64,000 bases of DNA from Octopus bimaculoides. Taxonomy: Eukaryota. The number at the start of each line of letters is the position of its first letter. Within the stretch, counting starts at the first letter, position 1. Positions 57,768 to 64,000 of this stretch are shown here, piece after piece. Location of the stretch: positions 53,180,271-53,244,270 of the forward strand of contig NC_068993.1 in NCBI RefSeq assembly GCF_001194135.2, in the 5' to 3' direction. The notes beneath the pieces are model-generated. The model worked only from the letters and a program-made list of their open reading frames with translations, had not been told where the DNA came from and ran no database searches. The translations under genes and the position numbers were made by a program.

Positions 57768-60700
57768 TGATGATGATGATGATTTTCCATGCTTGTATGG
57801 GTCAGATGGAATTTGTTGAGGCAGTTTTTCTATGGCTGAATGCCCTTTCTGTTACCAAGCCTCACCTGTTTCCAGACAAGGTAATATTTCCCCATGGTCT
57901 GACATGTTTTTCATGGAAGACTAGAATTGAGCTGTATCATTTGTATGAAGGTGATGCTTGGTTATGGACATCACATGATGTCAAGACATGAGTACATTAC
58001 AGATACACACACACACTCACACACACACACACACACATACACCAACACACACACGCGCACATACACATACGTACATATAAACATATATACTTATATAAAA
58101 GGTTTCCTTTCAGTTTCTGTCTACCAAATTCACTCACAAGGCTTTAGTTAGCCTAGAGCTAAAGTATCAGGCACTTGCTCAAGGTGCCATGCAATGGGAC
58201 TGAACCCGAGACCACATGGTTGAGAAACAAGTTTTTTAACCACAGATAAATCTTTCACCCTTTAATTACTAATTATAATTCTTTTTAATGAAAACTATAA
58301 AATTGAAGCCAAATACGATCAACTAAATTTTTATATTATTATTTTTGTTTTATGTGTAAAAATAAAATTATTTTTGGTTTCAGACATTCAAAGAAGGACT
58401 TGGACTACGAAAACTTATTGCTCTAATTACAGATCAAACCCCACCTGAAGAAGAAGTACAACCAAAGAAAGGGGAAAAAAAGTCATCTAAATCAGGGAAA
58501 AAGGGTAAAGAAGGTAAATAGTTTTATCATTTTTTTAAATACAATTATTCTATATTTTATTCTTGGCTGCATATTGCAGTAGCACATTTAGTTCATTGTG
58601 AAGGCATGTGGCTTAGTGGTTAGCGTATTTGGATCACGATCATAAGGTTGTGAGATCGATTCTCAGTGGTGCGTTGTGTCCTCGAGAAAGGCACTTTATT
58701 TCACATTTCTCTTAGCTTTACTACTGTATTTCTCTTGATGAAAGTATAGACTTTGCTGTGTGGAGGTACAGGTATAGCTGCATGGTTAAGAAGTCTGCAT
58801 CCCAACCACATGGTTTCAGGTTCAGTCCTACTGAACATCAAAGATTCTCAAACTTTTTGAGCCACCGCCCCGCCCTCATAGCCACATAATACCCTCAGCA
58901 CCCTCACACCTATTTTTATGTATAAATAAATATTTTATATTTTACTAATTTATATGTACTACAAATCATTTGATATTTAATATAACATATAATTTGAATA
59001 CTATGATAATATTATAATAAATTCATAGCATCCCTCAATCCACTGCCTTCCAATGCCCCCTTTTTCTCTACTGCACCCCACCACCGCCCCTTTAGGCACC
59101 AGCGCCCACCTGGCCCGTCTCAACGCCCACTGGGGGGACGGTAGTGCCCACTTTGAGAACCTGAGCTGTACATAGTCATTTCATAACAATATAACATGAA
59201 CACATGCACATAGAGAACATTTTCTCCATATTCATTCCACCGTACACACATAGCACATATTCTTTCTGCAATAATATAACATACGCACATGTGCACACAC
59301 AGTGTATATAATTTAACACATACATACGTACCAATACACAGCAGACACTCTACACATTCACTCCACAATATAACACAATTACACACATGTACACACAGAG
59401 TATGTCATCATCATCATTTAACATCTATTTTTCATGCTGGCATGGGTTGTACAGTATGATAGGGGATGGTCAGCTGGGGAGCTGCACCAGGCTCCATTTG
59501 TCTGTTTTGGCATGATTTCTATAGCTGGATGCTCTTCCCAACATGAACCATTCACTCCACATTAATATAGTATAGCATTCACACACTCACATGCATACAT
59601 ACACTCACACTCGCATGTACTCCCCTCCCCCCACAGCTCATATTCTATGCAATCACTATTCTATAAACCCAACACAACAACAGATAGTGGTTTAATGTCC
59701 AGGAAAGGAAGGATTGGATATCATTATATCATTTTAATTTATTTTTCAACTTTCTATACATTTCTTTTGCAATGTTTTATATTTGATATAGTGAAATCTG
59801 TGAAAGAAGAAGAAGTTACAAGTCCAGCTGTTGATACAGTTTTTCCTCTTTTGCCTGATGTTAAATGTGCTGCTACTAAGGCAATTGGCAGGGCTGCTAG
59901 AAATGGTAATTTCTCTTTTTTTTATACTTTGCATGAACTTATATAATGCCTTTTGAAAAGGTTCAGGTTATAGTATTAGTTGCAATATAATATCTATTCT
60001 TTTTGCACAACACAGCATTAATCCTTCCAAAGGGTTCATGAAATTAATCACCAGTCATGTACAGGTGTGCACGTATGCATGGAGGTGTGTTTGTGTCTCC
60101 TTGTCTTAAGAGCACAATCTGTCATACACATGGCATGCTTCATTTCCTATCTTCTGTGAAATATGTCTGGCCTTGGGGAAAGTATTACCTTTCTTAGAAA
60201 CAGGAGAGGGTTGGTGATAAGAAAGGCATACTGCCATAGAAAATCTACCATATTGAATTCCATCAGACCCATGTAAGTGGACATAAAAATGATGATGATA
60301 TTTATGATCTCTAAGTTCATCTCCACTTCAAAGTGGGACAATATTGCTGTCCAATGGAAAAGAAAAAAACCCCAAAAGGCAATGTTTGAGGGTTGATTGA
60401 TACATGGCACCGGTGTCACTGCAAGTGTGGCAATCACAACTGAAAGGGCCAGAACATATACAGCAACACATCTCAATCTAATCTCAAGCAGTTGTGCCAG
60501 TCCACTGCACTAGATTGGTACTTTTTATATTGACCCTGAAAAGATGGAAGGCAAAGTTAACCATGGTGGAATTTGAACTCTGGGCATTACAGAGTTGGAA
60601 CAAATGCTCTGAGGCATTTTATCCAACTTTCTAATGATGCTGCTTATTCACCTCCTGAAACTCTTTTGTTACTGTATTCCTCTTGAATTACACCCTCTTT

Positions 60701-63615
60701 ATTTAAATTAGTGTAAAAACTCAATGAAGAATTTACAAAAGTAACTTTGTCATAATTAACCTGATATTTGAAGCATAAATTAACATGAAATTTTAATGAG
60801 AAATTTTAATTTAGACCACTTTAAGACTTCTCATAGAGACCCACAGGAAATCACCCCTGGTTTTATGTTAAAAACATCCTGTTTTAAAATGGTCTAAATT
60901 AAGACCTCCAATCAAAATTTCCTTTAATTTATGTTCCTGACATTAGTTTAATAAATACAAAGTTATTTTACTAAATTCTTCTGTATTTCAAAATTTTATT
61001 GATACAAAGTAGTGCATTTCAACAGAAATATAGCAACAAAAGAGTTAAACAAGAAATTTGTACTAGAGAATCATAAGTGGTCTCAGGGAGGTTGGTATCG
61101 AAAGGCTAATTCATTTTGTGAAGAAATTATAATATAAGTTGTTTGAATGATCATTTCTTCATTCACAATTTCTTTTTTATTTGTAGCCGAGAGTCGTAGA
61201 ATATTACATGAACTAGAAGTAGAGAAAATGTTGATTACTCTGTTGTCTCATGAAAACTCTTCTATTCAGGCAGCTGCTGCTAACACATTAGCTGTCATGT
61301 GTGAAAATTTAACTTGTCGTCAGGCAGTGTTAGATGGGGGTAAGTAATTACACCTGTTAAGATAGTATTTCATCCTTCTTTAACCCTTTCAATTACAACC
61401 AACCAGAATCTGACTCATGTACTAGAATACAATATCTCTTATTGTAAACTGTTCATAATCATCATCATCAGCATCATCATTGTTATCACCACCACTGCTG
61501 CTGCTGCCACCACCACCATCATTGTCATCATCATCATCACCATCAACATTCTTATCATCATCATTTCCCCCAACCTACCGTCTTAACACCTACTTGAAAC
61601 GGCCATAATGCCGTTTCAAGTGGTTCCTTTTAATCATTCAATGCAGGCATTACATCAGTTTGAAATAAACTGGTCTCCTCGGTTGTATAAGACCATATAG
61701 GTTGTCAACATACAGGATACGCCATTATATAATGGAGTATTCTGTGTGTTGGAAAACCTATATGGTCTTATGCAACTGAAGAGAGCAGTTTATTTCAGAA
61801 TGATGTAATGCCTGCATTGATTGATTAAAAGGAGCCACTTGAAACGGCCGTAATACACTAATACCTGGACAACCTTCTTACTTATTTGCCATATNNNNNN
61901 NNNNNNNNNNNNNNNNNNNNNNNNNNNNNNNNNNNNNNNNNNNNNNNNNNNNNNNNNNNNNNNNNNNNNNNNNNNNNNNNNNNNNNNNNNNNNNNNNNNN
62001 NNNNNNNNNNNNNNNNNNNNNNNNNNNNNNNNNNNNNNNNNNNNNNNNNNNNNNNNNNNNNNNNNNNNNNNNNNNNNNNNNNNNNNNNNNNNNNNNNNNN
62101 NNNNNNNNNNNNNNNNNNNNNNNNNNNNNNNNNNNNNNNNNNNNNNNNNNNNNNNNNNNNNNNNNNNNNNNNNNNNNNNNNNNNNNNNNNNNNNNNNNNN
62201 NNNNNNNNNNNNNNNNNNNNNNNNNNNNNNNNNNNNNNNNNNNNNNNNNNNNNNNNNNNNNNNNNNNNNNNNNNNNNNNNNNNNNNNNNNNNNNNNNNNN
62301 NNNNNNNNNNNNNNNNNNNNNNNNNNNNNNNNNNNNNNNNNNNNNNNNNNNNNNNNNNNNNNNNNNNNNNNNNNNNNNNNNNNNNNNNNNNNNNNNNNNN
62401 NNNNNNNNNNNNNNNNNNNNNNNNNNNNNNNNNNNNNNNNNNNNNNNNNNNNNNNNNNNNNNNNNNNNNNNNNNNNNNNNNNNNNNNNNNNGGGGGGGGG
62501 GGACAAAAACAGACACACAAACACATACATATATATACATATATATGACGGACTTCTTCCAGTTTCTGTCTACCAAATCCACTCACAAGGCTTTGGTCGG
62601 CCCGAGGCTATAGTAGAAGACACTTGCCCAAGGTGCCACGCAGTGGGACTGAACCAGGAACCATGTGGTTGGTAAGCAAGCTACTTACCACACAGCCACT
62701 CCTATATATATATATGTATGTATGTATGTATGTAATGATCTTATTGCATACAGTGCTCAAATGCACTACAACTCATCAGAAAATGTAACCAAAACTACAT
62801 GATCAGTACATAAAATATGCACAGGAAGTGAACAGTGAATAAGACATCTAAAAAAAAAAAATCCAAAAGGGGAGGTGGCAAGGCATCAGAGTACCGTTGG
62901 CGAATTTCAAGAAGCATGGCAGTTATGAAGGATGTAATCTCTTGACAGCTAACAACTAATGCAGGTAGTTTATTCCATGCTTCAGCAATTCTGAGTGTGA
63001 AAAAATTGCTTCCAAAAGTCAAGAGTGCTGTGTTGTTATTTTGATTTTGTAAGCATGTCCACAAGTGTTCGATGTATGAAATTCAAAAAAATGCTTGAGG
63101 TTGTTGTAGGAAAGATGGTGAATAATTTTGTGGGTGTGTACCAAGTCAGTTACCAGATTGATATATACGTATGTATGTATGTGTGCATGCATGCATACAT
63201 ACAAATATTTACTATGCTGCAACAATCAAATAAAAACTATTAAAATGAAGAATAAATTCTATTTTTATCTGTTGTTGTGGTACAAGGAAAACTGATTATA
63301 AAGAATATAATTTACTTGTTGTTTTGTATATTTACTCATTGTTGTATTCATTTTTTTCTGATTATAAAGAATATAATTTACTTGTTGTTTTGTATATTTA
63401 CTCATTGTTTTATTCATTTTTTTTCTGATTATAAAGAATATAATTTACTTGTTGTTTTGTATATTTACTCATTGTTTTATTCATTTGTTTATTTATTTTG
63501 TCACAGAGGGTTTTCTGCCTCTTATACGTCTTCTACGCTCCGATAATAGTGAAACCTTACAAGCTGTTACACTCGTTCTTCGGTACCTTACAACTGCTAA
63601 CTTATCCAGCTGTTT
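52247..63615 (+). CDS. ARMC3: Armadillo repeat-containing protein 3 (ciliary/flagellar); 3'-partial, 11 coding exons, 1313 nt (about 437 aa) in window
   Basis: join(52247..52294,52667..52784,53878..54003,54920..54991,55443..55618,56425..56551,57416..57555,58384..58513,59792..59905,61187..61339,63507..63615). Junctions are AG/GT and phase-consistent. Peptides MVKKGKKEDKLLAEDVFDPILIESRQAGTAVLMLASSE...ACEAIYKF, EFASLGL, DPDVQKNSIE, LLKSEYAIIQ, RRILHELEVEKMLITLL match ARMC3 as recalled. Confidence 0.93.
52667..52784 (+). CDS. ARMC3: ARMC3 exon: FDPILIESRQAGTAVLMLASSEADVQAHACEAIYKFVVK
   Basis: tttcag / gtaagt, 118 nt. Confidence 0.94.
53083..53350 (+). repeat. 18-bp minisatellite (GATTATACCATTGGTGGT)n with a variant unit, spanning a 10-N gap
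   Basis: Direct tandem units with no unique spacers. Confidence 0.9.
53878..54003 (+). CDS. ARMC3: ARMC3 exon: DENKKTLLDLNACEPLLELMKNEDRIVHRNALAALATMCAH
   Basis: tttttag / gtatgt, 126 nt. Confidence 0.94.
54198..54748. mobile_element. Two inverted (head-to-head) copies of a tRNA-headed element with an (AAT)n middle and a degenerate minimal hammerhead-ribozyme motif
   Basis: A box at 54466-54481 (-); B boxes at 54424-54434 (-) and 54512-54523 (+); GACAC-CTGATGA-AGGCT...AGCT-GAAAC-CTT-GTGTT at 54680-54725 (+) and its homologue at 54252-54297 (-). Confidence 0.75.
54920..54991 (+). CDS. ARMC3: ARMC3 exon: DVRKVLRKRKDCVPTFISLLQSE
   Basis: atacag / gtaata, 72 nt. Confidence 0.9.
55443..55618 (+). 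CDS. ARMC3: ARMC3 exon: ETVVLEFASLGLNYLSTEYVSKVEILNSQAFEPLIHCLSHHDPDVQKNSIEAISQLVL
   Basis: tctgcag / gtaagt, 176 nt. Confidence 0.94.
56425..56551 (+). CDS. ARMC3: ARMC3 exon: NYQCQRVMKDLNGFPPVLELLKSEYAIIQRLALLVLERCSHD
   Basis: ttgtag / gtgagt, 127 nt. Confidence 0.94.
57416..57555 (+). CDS. ARMC3: ARMC3 exon: ENRVILRELDIVNKMIYLIGHPDWLDLHIMAVMVLSNMMEDIETVE
   Basis: tttccag / gtgagt, 140 nt. Confidence 0.92.
58384..58513 (+). CDS. ARMC3: ARMC3 exon: TFKEGLGLRKLIALITDQTPPEEEVQPKKGEKKSSKSGKKGKE
   Basis: tttcag / gtaaat, 130 nt; possible alternative in-phase donor at 58505. Confidence 0.88.
58839..59165. mobile_element. hAT (Charlie-like) MITE inserted into a truncated SINE
   Basis: Ends CAAAGATTCTCAAACT / ACTTTGAGAACC resemble CAGTGGTTCTCAAA-type hAT TIRs. 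Confidence 0.6.
59792..59905 (+). CDS. ARMC3: ARMC3 exon: KSVKEEEVTSPAVDTVFPLLPDVKCAATKAIGRAARN
   Basis: gatatag / gtaatt, 114 nt; PDV..AA.KAI..AA motif. Confidence 0.85.
61187..61339 (+). CDS. ARMC3: ARMC3 exon: ESRRILHELEVEKMLITLLSHENSSIQAAAANTLAVMCENLTCRQAVLDG
   Basis: tttgtag / gtaagt, 153 nt. Confidence 0.94.
61610..61848. repeat. Spacerless fold-back palindrome with ~120-bp arms centred at 61728/61729
   Basis: Outer 94 bp are 86/94 identical; the centre is CCATTAT|ATAATGG. Confidence 0.9.
62546..62703 (-). mobile_element. tRNA-derived SINE (family A), near-intact copy with (TA)n tail
   Basis: A box TGGCTGTGTGG, B box GGTTCAGTCCC, body TTGGGCAAGTGTCTTCTACTATAG...TTGTGAGTGGATTTGGTAGAC; other copies at about 6630, 27316, 41140, 49735, 51040, 58100, 58765 and 63755. 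Confidence 0.85.
62730..63150 (-). mobile_element. CR1-like LINE 3' end
   Basis: Minus-strand peptides THKIIHHL...SNTCGHAYKI and FFTLRIAEAWNKLPALVVSC match the CR1 ORF2 C-terminus pattern (RGH..K / FF..R....WN.LP..VV). Confidence 0.75.
63292..63486 (+). repeat. Three tandem copies of a 66-67-bp unit directly upstream of an ARMC3 acceptor
   Basis: Units start at 63292, 63358 and 63425 (CTGATTATAAAGAATATAATTTACTTG...). Confidence 0.92.
63507..63615 (+). CDS. ARMC3: ARMC3 exon: GFLPLIRLLRSDNSETLQAVTLVLRYLTTANLSSC
   Basis: gtcacag / gtatgt, 109 nt, ARM-repeat pattern. Confidence 0.88.
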
Positions 63616-64000
63616 GTATGTATTTCTCCATCTTTGTCATTTCCATTGTTTAATTGAATTCTTGAAGCCTAAGTTTTAAAGATACAAAATTCTGTGAACT
63701 TGGTTACTATGATGTAGTCCAATGGACTTAATTTTAGAAACAATCTGTTGCAGAAGGTTTAGCTGTATGACTAACATGTTTACTTTGCAACCATGGTGTT
63801 TTGGGTTCAGTCCTATTGCACAGCACTCTGGGCAAGTGTCTTCTTACACACATACATACATTCATGCATGCATGCATCCATCCATACATACATACATATA
63901 ATGTATACTTTTAAGTGTGTGTTTTCTGTACATCTTATGTGAGTTATAAATGTGTGTCACCACCATACAAAACTAAAGTTATATATATATATATATATAT

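Overview
AT-rich, microsatellite- and repeat-dense animal genomic DNA from a gapped short-read draft, with 7 N-gaps and one Illumina adapter remnant. The repeat families look like those of an octopus/coleoid cephalopod; this is an inference from recognition, not a database result. Two multi-exon genes lie on the + strand. (1) NAA15/16, the NatA auxiliary subunit: 21 coding exons from 7534 to 30704 encode about 837 aa, and the first coding exon was not found in the window. One intron (9429-11087) is a clear U12-type minor-spliceosome intron. (2) ARMC3, a ciliary armadillo-repeat protein: 11 coding exons from 52247 to 63615, continuing beyond the window, preceded by a CpG-rich region with RFX X-box motifs. 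The most unusual signals are: a tRNA-headed SINE-like element ending in a degenerate Penelope-type minimal hammerhead ribozyme, present as an inverted pair (54198-54748); an uninterrupted SAP-domain ORF nested in a NAA15 intron; a head-to-tail array of about 11 SINE copies; an orphan CCAAT/HSE/TATA/Kozak promoter module; and several long fold-back palindromes in ARMC3 introns. All coordinates and alignments were read by eye. Comparisons with human exon sizes and repeat consensus sequences come from memory and need checking.
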